NCBI GenBank assembly: GCA_004297805.1
Contig: SCTJ01000079.1
Coordinates: 1-43,398, forward strand
DNA length: 43,398 nt
Direction: 5' to 3'
Source of the DNA: Patescibacteria group bacterium
Lineage (GTDB): Bacteria > Patescibacteriota > Minisyncoccia > Moranbacterales > SCTJ01
This document shows, piece by piece, positions 8,163-17,060 of this stretch. Numbering within the stretch: position 1 is the stretch's first letter; each line of letters opens with the position of its first letter. The notes beneath the pieces were generated by a model. The model saw only the letters and a list, made by a program, of their open reading frames with translations. It did not search any database and had not been told where the DNA came from. The position numbers were made by a program, and so were the translations under genes.

Positions 8163-9197
8163 TCAACTGCAAGAGAATACCACCCCGTTGCCCGACCACT
8201 CATTGCCAGGCTGATTCCCGCGCACGCGCGCTCCAGTCGCATTCGCGTCGCCGAAGCGGAGCAGAGCGCCACCGGAAGAGGTGCGGCTTGACCAAGAATA
8301 ATTGCCATCGGTGAAGAGTTGCTGCCCTTTTTTGTGGGCTACTAAATAGCGAAAGATGGTGTTTTGGACCGGTTCGCGCAGGAGTCGGGAAACTTGGAGA
8401 GTGGAAAGAATTTGGGAGGCTTTGATGTAGTCACCTTGCTTGATTAGTTTGGCGATTTCGGGTTTTCTTTTTTTGAATTCAGTTTCAGCGGTTTGATACT
8501 CAACTGGGAGACTTCCGGCAAAAACGTTTTGCTTGGCATATTGGATGAGGAGTTCTGTTTGTTTTAGATAGTCCTTGCCAGTGGAATCTGGCAGGATATT
8601 GGGTGAGACGAATTGCCAACCCGCTTTGGGAGTTTGTTGAATAACCTGAGTTTCATTTTTGAACCAGGCCTCGGTTTTGAGATTACCTTGGTCATCGAAT
8701 TGATCTTTGTATAATAAATATTTGGCGGGATTTCCTTGTTGGTCACGTTCGATGACATTGCTACCAATCTGCGCTATGGCCAGTTTAGCCATGGTTTCAA
8801 TGGTAAGTGGGGTGCCGTCGGGAGCATGGGAGAGATTCAAGACCAGCATGTGGCCCAGTCTTTGGTGGAGTTCCAACTCCTCTTTCTTGAATGGAATGGG
8901 CGGGATGTCCTGGGGTTTGATCTGGAAACCAAAAGCTCGTTCTAGGTCTTGGGGGCCAAGGAATCTTTCTGGTCCCATGATCCTTTCAGCTTGTTCGGGA
9001 GAGACGTGGAATTGTTCGCGGAGACTAGATATTCTAATTTCCAGCTCTCTTTGCAGGCTTTCGGCTTGGTTCAAATGGCCGAGGCTAGTTTCGGTATCTT
9101 GAGTCTTTTCGCCCTGGACTAGCAGCGTGTCAAAATCAGCCTTGAGCTTTTGGATTTCAGAAAGATTGTCGGCTATTTGGTGGCAGTTGGATTGCAT
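8163..9197 (-). CDS. DGR target protein (N-terminal coiled coil, C-terminal CLec-like VR domain), 344 aa
   Basis: Contains the VR; YSWSS...GVVFSCS* ending. Start set at ATG 9197 (MQSNCHQIADNL) by homology to the paralog starts at 28761 and 27777. No signal peptide seen. Confidence 0.9.
   Translation of the reverse strand: MQSNCHQIADNLSEIQKLKADFDTLLVQGEKTQDTETSLGHLNQAESLQRELEIRISSLREQFHVSPEQAERIMGPERFLGPQDLERAFGFQIKPQDIPPIPFKKEELELHQRLGHMLVLNLSHAPDGTPLTIETMAKLAIAQIGSNVIERDQQGNPAKYLLYKDQFDDQGNLKTEAWFKNETQVIQQTPKAGWQFVSPNILPDSTGKDYLKQTELLIQYAKQNVFAGSLPVEYQTAETEFKKRKPEIAKLIKQGDYIKASQILSTLQVSRLLREPVQNTIFRYLVAHKKGQQLFTDGNYSWSSRTSSGGALLRFGDANATGARVRGNQPGNEWSGNGVVFSCS
8170..8286 (-). repeat. DGR variable repeat (VR) at the 3' end of the target gene
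   Basis: Encodes RTSSGGALLRFGDANATGARVRGNQPGNEWSGNGVVFS; 10 A>G and 5 A>C changes relative to TR. Confidence 0.95.
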
Positions 9198-9322
9198 ATG
9201 TTTATATTGTACCAGATTTAGTACGCCCAGCAAAACCAACCACACACAGCCACAATCCGACGCACAACATTCCAACATTCTCAAGAATGTTGGAATGTTT
9301 ATATCACGCGCTATTGGTAAAT

Positions 9323-9379
9323 GTATATACACATGTATATACACGTGTATATACATTAGTATAGCATTGGTACGTACCT
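9323..9379. repeat. 57-bp element with three tandem TGTATATACA palindromes and a TGCTATACT extended -10 (copy 1)
   Basis: 55/57 identical to 28906-28962. Confidence 0.85.
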
Positions 9380-10430
9380 ATCCTTTTCGATAACAACCCT
9401 TGCAATAGTCTGGCACATTGCCCCGCAAAGTGCGCTGACGCAAGTCCTGATAAGCTTGGCCCTGCCAGATATTCTTGAATTTGGTGGAAAGCATATTTCC
9501 CAAATTCGCCACCTGTGGATCAGCCACAATGCAACAAGGCGAGACATCGCCTTCAGTGGTGACATAAAGTGCGCGCCATGGCCATTGGCAACGTGCTCCC
9601 GCGGTCGGCTTCATGCTCCCTACGCCTGACACAAAGAATAATCGTACTCCCAACTTTTTCGCTTCAATCTTGGCCTGCGCTATTGCTTCAGTAACGTGCT
9701 CATTATTTTTTGCTTTCATCCCAGCAATCGTGGCCTTCCAATTCTCCTTGCCGCGATCAGAAACGCTAGTATTCACAATCACCTCATCCACTCCAATCCG
9801 CTTGGCAAATTCCAGCATCGGAATGAGCTGATCAGTATTGTCATTGAAAAGTAGCATCCAAATCCCAATCTCCAGATCACTTTTTTGCTGATTGCGCTCC
9901 TTGACCAACTGTTCCAGATTGCGTTTGACGATGGCCAATTCCCCACCCGGACGATAATGTCGATATTGTTCGGAGTTTTGCGTATCAATCGAAAAATAAA
10001 TCCGATCCAAACCACTGGCCACTGCTGCTTGAATTTTGGCGGCACTCAACAAGTTGCCATTAGTCACTGTCGTCACCGCAATTTCCTTGGATTTGGCATA
10101 GCGCACCATCTGGAAAAAATCAGCGGCCAAAGTTGGCTCCCCCATGCCTTGCAAATTCAATTTCAAAACTGTCGGCAGTTGGTCAATAATTTTTTTGAAG
10201 GTAATCAAGTCCATGGTCAAGCTCTTTCGACGCTCAGCCAATTCCCGCCGATGGCACATCACACAACTCAAATTGCAAGCAATGGTCGGCTCGATATCTA
10301 CACTGACCGGACCAGCCCAGACTTTGGCGCCTAGCGGCAATAGGAATGACAAAGCCGCGTTCAAAACCCGGCTTGGGTGACGCCAGTTATTTTTCAGTAT
10401 TTTTTGGATGAGTTTAGTTCGCCTGTCCAT
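9378..10430 (-). CDS. Radical SAM / SPASM-twitch domain protein
   Basis: CNLSCVMC (CxxxCxxC); GMGEP; C-terminal CQWPW...GDVSPCC...CKGC. Confidence 0.9.
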   Translation of the reverse strand: MDRRTKLIQKILKNNWRHPSRVLNAALSFLLPLGAKVWAGPVSVDIEPTIACNLSCVMCHRRELAERRKSLTMDLITFKKIIDQLPTVLKLNLQGMGEPTLAADFFQMVRYAKSKEIAVTTVTNGNLLSAAKIQAAVASGLDRIYFSIDTQNSEQYRHYRPGGELAIVKRNLEQLVKERNQQKSDLEIGIWMLLFNDNTDQLIPMLEFAKRIGVDEVIVNTSVSDRGKENWKATIAGMKAKNNEHVTEAIAQAKIEAKKLGVRLFFVSGVGSMKPTAGARCQWPWRALYVTTEGDVSPCCIVADPQVANLGNMLSTKFKNIWQGQAYQDLRQRTLRGNVPDYCKGCYRKG

Positions 10431-11604
10431 TTTTTGCTTCCTCAAAAACATTAAGCAACTCTTTCAAATACTTTTCGCTTCCGTATTTTTCTTTGGCAGC
10501 CGCTTGAATAGCCTGCTCATCAAATGGAAGCTCTCGGTTAAATATTTTTTCGATCACTTTTTTCATCTCCGTCGTGTCCTGGCAAATCCAACCATTCACT
10601 CCATTTTCAACCAATTCTGAATAGGCCCCACTGGCTAGGGCCACAAAAGGCTTGCCCTCGGCCAAAGCTTCCATCCCAATCAAGCCAAACGTTTCCGGCA
10701 GACGCGAAGCGGAAACTACCAACGCACTCTTGCGAATGTAGCGCCGCACTTCCCCTGGGGAAAGATGACCCAAATGCACCACGTTGTCGCGTCGGGGAAT
10801 CTTATAACCGTCCTGGGTGCTCCCCGCCAAATACAATTGGCCTCCCTTCAGGTCGCGGAACATCGCAACCAACTGATCGATCCCCTTGCCCGGAATTAGT
10901 CGGCCGAAATAGAAGGCATAGGGGATATTCCCCACTTCCTCACCCTGACGATCAAACGGGATTTCTCGAATAAAATGCGGCCGAACTGAAATTTTGGACT
11001 CAGTAATACCCGCTTTCACCAAGATGCGCTGCAAAAAATAGCTTGGCACAACAAAACGATCAACTAAGCGGTCGATTCGTTGCGGAGAATAAATGTATTT
11101 TTTGACTACCAACAGGAGCCGCTGCAAAAATGAGTATTTTTTCACCATCAGAAATTTCCAGTACTGGGATCCGATCTGTTCATCATAAACTTCGCGATCC
11201 GGAGAAACCAGCTCATAGTCATGCACCGTCATCACAATTGGAATTTTTCTTTGCTTGATAACGCTCAGAATTCCAAAGGAGAGATGGTGATAAATATTGT
11301 GCAGGTGAACGATCTCGGGATGAAAATCATCTAGCAACTCAGCTAGCTTCCGCTTGGCCTCAAAAGAATGAAAAATCCGACCAGTGCCTTTGAGTCGTTG
11401 CCAGAAAGAATACTGACGAGAATAGCCAACCGTGGAAACAAAATATTTCTCCCACCCGCTCGACAAATTGTGGCGATGACGCATGGAAAAAACTGCCACT
11501 TCATGCCCATTGGCTTGCAGTAGATCGATCAGGTCTTGAAAGTGGGTTTCGGCCCCCCCACCTCCCACCAGAAAATTGAATTTATTGATTTCGAGTATTT
11601 TCAT
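10414..11604 (-). CDS. Glycosyltransferase family 4
   Basis: MKILEINKF..GGAE, HLHNIYHHLS, FGRL..GKG, PETFGLIGMEA. Confidence 0.9.
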   Translation of the reverse strand: MKILEINKFNFLVGGGGAETHFQDLIDLLQANGHEVAVFSMRHRHNLSSGWEKYFVSTVGYSRQYSFWQRLKGTGRIFHSFEAKRKLAELLDDFHPEIVHLHNIYHHLSFGILSVIKQRKIPIVMTVHDYELVSPDREVYDEQIGSQYWKFLMVKKYSFLQRLLLVVKKYIYSPQRIDRLVDRFVVPSYFLQRILVKAGITESKISVRPHFIREIPFDRQGEEVGNIPYAFYFGRLIPGKGIDQLVAMFRDLKGGQLYLAGSTQDGYKIPRRDNVVHLGHLSPGEVRRYIRKSALVVSASRLPETFGLIGMEALAEGKPFVALASGAYSELVENGVNGWICQDTTEMKKVIEKIFNRELPFDEQAIQAAAKEKYGSEKYLKELLNVFEEAKNGQAN

Positions 11605-13036
11605 ATGGTTTCGCTTGTTCCGACAATTTTCCTTGTGCCCGAATCAATCCCAGGATGATCCAAAAAAATATTCCCAACAGATTGGCCTCCAAGTACGGTT
11701 GAAACAGAAAGGCCACGCCATAGTAAATCAGAGCGCCCAGGAGTGCGAACGAAACCCAGTCGCGTCGCGCTTGTTTCCAGGCCATTTGCGCAAACGTCCA
11801 ACCCAACCAACCGAACAAACCAAGGCCAGCCAATCCCATTTGGACAAAAATGACTAACGGAGAGTTGTGAACATTCCGCACCTCCACAAGATCCCAATAC
11901 CGCCCGATTTCAATAAAAACAGCTTGTCCGAAACCAATGCCCAATACCGGGCTCTTCGAATATTCCCTAAGCGCCTCTTTCCATACCGTTGCTCGCCACA
12001 GGAAGCTTTCGTCTTCACTGTTTCCCGTTAGCGACGACGCGCGCTGTTCCACCGCGCTTGTCACGCCAGACACCGCCTCGTGAATAGCTGAGCGGGGTAG
12101 CATCAGCGAAAAGTAGAAAATTGTCATCGCAATTCCGATTATCACAACCACATAGGCCGCAATTAGCTTGCCCGTTTTTTGACGTTGCTCCCGCGTGGCC
12201 AGGGCAAGCAAAAATACCAACGCCACGGCCAGGGCAATCCACAGGTGACGCATGAGCGATCCAATCACTCCCACTGCCCAAATCGCCGAAAGAATCAAAA
12301 ACCAAGTTTTGTTTTTCCACTCACCCCCGAGGTAGGCCGCCAGCGATCCAATTAGCGCTAAACCCAAATAGAAAGCGTGACTAAAAGCCAAGATGCGCAC
12401 GCCTTCGGTCGAGAGCGGAGTAAATTCCGTCCAAAGCCCTCCCCCATTGATAATACCGTACGAGATAAAAGCGATGATCGCCACGGCTCCAGCCATGACA
12501 AATTGCAAAGTTTTCTTGATTTTCTCTTGCGAGTTGGCCAGCAGCCAAACCAAAAAATAAACCAATGGATAGAAGGCATAGTTTTTGGCACTACTGAAGG
12601 ACACCGCCATGTCTCCACCCAAGACCCCGACGCTCAGAAAAAAATAAGCAATGGCTAGGACCGCAAATCCGATTACTAGCCAATCAGGCTTCTTGAATTG
12701 CCATTTAATTTTCCCATTCAACATTTGAAAAATCGTCCCCAAAATCACGGCCCCCAAAATCAAATCAATCGGATAGAGTTTCCATTCGTTCCTTCCCCAA
12801 AAAATGGATTGCAAAGTGAAAAAGCGTTCAAAAACGACTGTTAAAAATATCACGGCCCAAACTCCGGACAGCGGATAGAAAAAAGCGATCCCGGCTGCCA
12901 TCAGCATCGTCGCCAGATAGACTGGCAAGCTGAATCCCAAGAATAAATTAGACACCACAAAAATCGCAGCGAAGACAATGATGAAAATCGCGCTAATCAC
13001 CTCTTTTTTGCCTTGTTTTTGGCTAATTTCGAACAT
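11582..13036 (-). CDS. O-antigen ligase / Wzy-like polymerase
   Basis: Many TM helices; R..VW..A......P.LGIGFG...HNSPL Wzy_C motif; upstream TTGATT-17-TATAAT promoter (13064-13092). Confidence 0.8.
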   Translation of the reverse strand: MFEISQKQGKKEVISAIFIIVFAAIFVVSNLFLGFSLPVYLATMLMAAGIAFFYPLSGVWAVIFLTVVFERFFTLQSIFWGRNEWKLYPIDLILGAVILGTIFQMLNGKIKWQFKKPDWLVIGFAVLAIAYFFLSVGVLGGDMAVSFSSAKNYAFYPLVYFLVWLLANSQEKIKKTLQFVMAGAVAIIAFISYGIINGGGLWTEFTPLSTEGVRILAFSHAFYLGLALIGSLAAYLGGEWKNKTWFLILSAIWAVGVIGSLMRHLWIALAVALVFLLALATREQRQKTGKLIAAYVVVIIGIAMTIFYFSLMLPRSAIHEAVSGVTSAVEQRASSLTGNSEDESFLWRATVWKEALREYSKSPVLGIGFGQAVFIEIGRYWDLVEVRNVHNSPLVIFVQMGLAGLGLFGWLGWTFAQMAWKQARRDWVSFALLGALIYYGVAFLFQPYLEANLLGIFFWIILGLIRAQGKLSEQAKPYENTRNQ

Positions 13037-13088
13037 AAACCATTCAATTACTGGAAACGTTCTATTATAGCACAATTCCATAAATAAA

Positions 13089-13125
13089 TCAAGCCCCGGG
13101 TGCATGCTGCACGCGCGGGGCTTGA
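13089..13125 (-). terminator. Terminator of the GC-rich three-gene operon
   Basis: TCAAGCCCCG...CGGGGCTTGA inverted repeat followed by a T-rich tract on the minus strand. Confidence 0.65.
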
Positions 13126-13203
13126 GCTACCTTGCGGTAGACTTTGTACGTTGTACTGTTGGGCACTTGCCTTCGGTCCTCCGCCGAAGGGGTTACCCAG
13201 GAA

Positions 13204-13683
13204 CTACTGCTTGACGATGAGCACGCAGTCCTCGCGCTTCGCTTGGGGGTTGTAGGAGCACTTGGCACCGACCCCGGGACCGAACCAGTCGGGCGGGTCG
13301 GTTTCCATCGCCTTCTCGATGAAGGAGTAGCGCTCGATCCCCTTCTCGTCGCTGAAGGTGATCTGGAACCGCGGGCTGTCGCGCAGGTTGATCGTGATGG
13401 ACGACTTGCCGTTGTAGACCTCCACGGTGGACCAGTTGTAGTGGTGGATCGCGACCAGATTGATCGGCCCGCTCACCGAGATGGTGGCTTTGCCGTCATC
13501 GTAGACGACCGCCGAGACCAGCGTCCCCTTGGGGGGCACCTGGGCCGGGTACTTCGGCTCGGCCATGGCCGTCCCGACGAGGGACAGCACGATGGCGAAG
13601 GTGAAGCACAGCGCGATGACCTTCTGCGCCGCGATGCGGAACAACCCGCGGGCGACGGCACGGAACATCCTGATGGTCTTCAT
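13204..13683 (-). CDS. Secreted hypothetical protein (GC-rich class)
   Basis: AGGAGGAGG RBS; long signal peptide ending TAMA; beta-rich mature part with 2 Cys. Confidence 0.75.
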   Translation of the reverse strand: MKTIRMFRAVARGLFRIAAQKVIALCFTFAIVLSLVGTAMAEPKYPAQVPPKGTLVSAVVYDDGKATISVSGPINLVAIHHYNWSTVEVYNGKSSITINLRDSPRFQITFSDEKGIERYSFIEKAMETDPPDWFGPGVGAKCSYNPQAKREDCVLIVKQ

Positions 13684-13716
13684 GGTGTCCTCCTCCTGTT
13701 TCTGTTGTCGCTGCGG

Positions 13717-14778
13717 CTATTGCACGACGAACGTGCAGCCGCAGCAGGTATCCGTACTGCAATCGAACCCGATCCCCTGGCCGACGAAGTCGACGAGGTC
13801 AGGCGCCATGTCGGGTGTGATCAACGCCCAGTGCTTGTGCCCTTTCGAACACTTGAACTGGAAGTTGAGTCTCATCCCGAGCCAACCCTGAAAACAGGTC
13901 ATGTTCGGGGGACGTTCGATGTGACCGCCCTCCGGATCCTTCTTCCCGGTGATCGGATCGATGGCCGGGATGTAGATCTCCACGTTGACGGGCGCGATCC
14001 CGTCGATGTGGACCATGAACCGCTCGTCCCTCCAGATCCGCACCCCCTTGGGTAGGAGCTGGGGACCATCTCCCTCACCGCAGAGCGGCGGAAGCAGGAT
14101 TTCCCCGTTCACCAGCCGTGGGGATTCCATGAGACGGGGGTTGGGCTTACCGTCCTTACAGTCCCCGCCTTCCGCGCACGGATTCGACGCGCTCATCGCA
14201 GGCTTGAGAGCCGGGGCGGGAGCAGGCGGGGTTGCGGACTCTTCGGCCGCACCCATCTGGGACGGCGGCGCGATGTCCGGTATGGTCGCGATGACCTCAC
14301 CGGTGCTGCCGTTCACCATCTGATGCTCGCCGGTGGCCGCTCCTCCTGGGGCAGGCGTACCGGGCTTTGCTTCGGAATCGGGCTTCGGTCCAGGACCGGG
14401 CTTGTGACCCGACCCTCTGTGCTTGCGCTCGCCGGTGCCCTTCTGGTCGCGGCACTTGGCCAACTCGGCCTTGAGATCCGTGACCTCCTTCTGGCAGTTG
14501 ACGAGCAGCGCACCTGGCTCACCACAGCGCGTGAGCGCCGCAATGAGATTGGTGACGTTGCCCTGACAGCTCGCGAAGGCCGGCTTCATCACCTCGAGCT
14601 CGCCCTTGAGCTTGTCGAGCTCGCCCTGGTTGACCTTGGCAGGTCCACCCTGGTTGTCGACGAACCGCATGTGGAAATGGTTGCTCCCCAACCAGATGCC
14701 ACCGATGATGGCCAGGATGACGAGCAGGGTCACGATGACCCCAGTCTTCCACCCACCATCCCTGTCTCCATTGCTCAT
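13717..14778 (-). CDS. Membrane-anchored coiled-coil / Pro-rich / Cys-rich hypothetical protein
   Basis: GGGAGG RBS; N-terminal TM; Cys-studded coiled coil; PA-rich linker; C-terminal CSTDTCCGC. Confidence 0.75.
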   Translation of the reverse strand: MSNGDRDGGWKTGVIVTLLVILAIIGGIWLGSNHFHMRFVDNQGGPAKVNQGELDKLKGELEVMKPAFASCQGNVTNLIAALTRCGEPGALLVNCQKEVTDLKAELAKCRDQKGTGERKHRGSGHKPGPGPKPDSEAKPGTPAPGGAATGEHQMVNGSTGEVIATIPDIAPPSQMGAAEESATPPAPAPALKPAMSASNPCAEGGDCKDGKPNPRLMESPRLVNGEILLPPLCGEGDGPQLLPKGVRIWRDERFMVHIDGIAPVNVEIYIPAIDPITGKKDPEGGHIERPPNMTCFQGWLGMRLNFQFKCSKGHKHWALITPDMAPDLVDFVGQGIGFDCSTDTCCGCTFVVQ

Positions 14779-14866
14779 GACGATCCTCCCTTCTTGCTTC
14801 GGTGAAGCGGCTCACTGGAATCTTGCGATCCAGCGAGCCGCTCGTTATTGTTCTGTGTTGCCGGCG

Positions 14867-16003
14867 TTAGAACTCAACTCCGACGAACACTCCCTTGACC
14901 ATGAGGTCGCTCTTGCTGTGCCCCTTGTAGTTGTCGGGCAAGTTCAGCGGATAGCTGACCCAGCCTCCCGCCCGCACCGTCTCGGAGAGACGGATCTCTG
15001 CCCGGCCCAGGACGCCCGTGAGGTCGTCCCAGCCCTGATAGAAGAGCTGCCCACCGAACCGCGTCTGCCAGTTGTTGGCCAGACGATACTGCCCGTACAG
15101 GTCGAGGCTCGCCTGGGTGCGACTGTCCGTCTTGTCGTCCTTCCAGGTCGAGTCGAGCTTGGACCAAACTGCGGTCCAGGCATCCACCTGAACTCCGACC
15201 AGCCAGTCCTTGGAGAGCCGCTGGGCGTAGTCGGTCCACAGGCCAACCTTGATGTTGTCCTGCTTACGGCTGTAACCCTCGTCGTTTCTCCCTTTCTGCG
15301 CCTCGTAGACGACGCGCAGCTTGGCGGTGAATGCCTGAGGCTTCTTGGAGCTCTCGCTCACACCGCCGTAGTTGTAGCCGAGCTGGAGACCCCCCTCGGG
15401 AGCATCCCAGCTGTAAGTCGTGTGCTTCGTCTCGCCCTTTTCATAGGCGGCGAAGGCACCCACGCCCCACTGCTTCTCCGGTGCCAGAGGCCGCCAGGGG
15501 ATCACCTCGCCGTCGGCCCACAGGCCCGAAGCCAGGTTGCTCCACCAGTAACCGAGAGCGGCCGTGAGTTCGACATCGCTGCCGCCACCCCCACGGTGCA
15601 CCTCGTCCGGCACAGTCAGGGCCGGCGAAGCCATCACGGCTCCACCAGCGGACGGACCAGCCTGGAAAGTAGTCGACGCCATCGGCGTCGCCTGCATCCC
15701 GTTCCTGCTCCGCAGCTGAAGGTCACCGGAACGCTGGATCCCGTCCTCCACCGGGGCCGGCGCCGTTTGGGCCACCTGCTCCTGCTTCGACGGACGGTCA
15801 ATCCTGGTTCCGATCTTGAGCTGACGGGGATCGGAGATCCCCGCTTCGGACATGACGTACGAAACCGTCACGCCGAGCTTCTTGGCCACCGTCTCCGGGT
15901 TGTCTCCCATGAGGACGACGTAGAACTCTCCTGCCATCGCCGGCGTGGCCACCATGGCCAGCGCCAGTACTGCGAACAACATCACGATCGTCTTGGTCTT
16001 CAT
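14867..16003 (-). CDS. Secreted LysM-domain protein with predicted C-terminal outer-membrane beta-barrel
   Basis: Signal peptide ending PAMA; LysM-like YVVLMGDNPETVAKKLGVTV...ISDPRQLKIG; amphipathic aromatic strands ending GVFVGVEF. Confidence 0.65.
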   Translation of the reverse strand: MKTKTIVMLFAVLALAMVATPAMAGEFYVVLMGDNPETVAKKLGVTVSYVMSEAGISDPRQLKIGTRIDRPSKQEQVAQTAPAPVEDGIQRSGDLQLRSRNGMQATPMASTTFQAGPSAGGAVMASPALTVPDEVHRGGGGSDVELTAALGYWWSNLASGLWADGEVIPWRPLAPEKQWGVGAFAAYEKGETKHTTYSWDAPEGGLQLGYNYGGVSESSKKPQAFTAKLRVVYEAQKGRNDEGYSRKQDNIKVGLWTDYAQRLSKDWLVGVQVDAWTAVWSKLDSTWKDDKTDSRTQASLDLYGQYRLANNWQTRFGGQLFYQGWDDLTGVLGRAEIRLSETVRAGGWVSYPLNLPDNYKGHSKSDLMVKGVFVGVEF

Positions 16004-16218
16004 TGTTCCCTCTCCTTGGATGGTCCCCCAATAGCTTCCGCCACGGGGGAGTTTGTTTTTCCCTTACGATCCCTTATGACCAAAGACCCGGGCTTTCAAA
16101 ACCCAAAGCCTCTAACCTAGAACCTATTACTAACTATGTGCAATTGTAAAGGTTCAAGTCCGCTCGCGACCGCGCCACGGACGTTATCGAAACCATCAAT
16201 CGTCAATGTAATATACTA

Positions 16219-16935
16219 CTACTTTCGGTCGAGATACTGCAAACTTTCCAAATAATCATCCGGGTTGATTGCTGTAGCGCGCGACACACTTGGTCGGCTA
16301 CCAACCGAAACGTAGTGCTGTTTTTTTTCACCCCGATAATACACCAGTACCAAAGAAAGCAGCGCGCCAAAAAGCATCCCACCACCAATCGCCGCTATGA
16401 GTTCCGTCAGTGTTGGGTTCTGTTCAGTGATCGGGCCAGAGATTTTTCGGAATTCAACTTCTTGAGAGCTAGCACGAAACAAATTGCTTTCGCTGTTCAA
16501 AACTTCGTTGATGCCATCGGAAATCGCCAAAGCTTCGCGTTGACTATTGTCATAGACCACCACATCAATAATTCCCAGTTGCGGATTGCGTTGCACGCGA
16601 ATCATTTTGCTCCAAGCCTCCAGGCGATCTTTCTGATTGAACGGCAGAAATTCAGCATTTACTTTGCCGGTTTTGACCAACTCATTCACGAAAAGTTCGC
16701 TATAGATCGCCTCGCTCATCACTTTCCCGGTATATTCCACCGACTTGGAAAGTGAAGAAAAATCTTGGGTTCCTACGCCCTGATTTTGCACAATCAAGTA
16801 TTCAGAAGTCACTCGGAAGTTCTTCTCAATTAGTACCAAAAACAGAAAGGAGAAAGCCCCTATCAAAAGCGCACCCATGAGCACGGATCGCCATTTTTTC
16901 CCTAATACAGCCATAATAGTAGTACCTTGGTTCAT
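16219..16935 (-). CDS. Wzz/YveK (CapA)-like capsular polysaccharide biosynthesis protein
   Basis: Two TMs with an intervening domain, YveK-like layout; polysaccharide context. Confidence 0.65.
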   Translation of the reverse strand: MNQGTTIMAVLGKKWRSVLMGALLIGAFSFLFLVLIEKNFRVTSEYLIVQNQGVGTQDFSSLSKSVEYTGKVMSEAIYSELFVNELVKTGKVNAEFLPFNQKDRLEAWSKMIRVQRNPQLGIIDVVVYDNSQREALAISDGINEVLNSESNLFRASSQEVEFRKISGPITEQNPTLTELIAAIGGGMLFGALLSLVLVYYRGEKKQHYVSVGSRPSVSRATAINPDDYLESLQYLDRK

Positions 16936-17060
16936 ACAAAAATATTCAATGAATTAACGGCACATGATACCAAACAAACGGGTTTTTGTCAAGGACCTTG
17001 TGATAATTCACTGGCCTGGAAATATCAGCAGCTTTAAATAACACTATTTTGAAATAAGAC

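Larger units (their letters stand above)
6265..9379 (-). mobile_element. Diversity-generating retroelement (target-VR / hairpin / TR / inverted avd / RT)
   Basis: DGR-type RT, Avd-like four-helix protein, 117-nt TR/VR pair with adenine-only mismatches, and a hairpin downstream of VR. Confidence 0.95.

Noticed and set aside
9198-9356. N-terminal extension MYIHVYIHVYIH... of the target ORF
   Set aside because: It is a translation of the palindromic upstream element; paralogs start at the equivalent of ATG 9197.
11553-11559. G7 tract near the 5' end of a GT4 gene as a phase-variation site
   Set aside because: Short, in frame, and encodes the normal Gly-rich GGAE motif.
13144-16120. Long plus-strand ORFs (303 aa, 504 aa) and similar ones at 36021-37682
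   Set aside because: Antisense shadows of GC3-rich minus-strand genes; no RBS or recognisable motifs.
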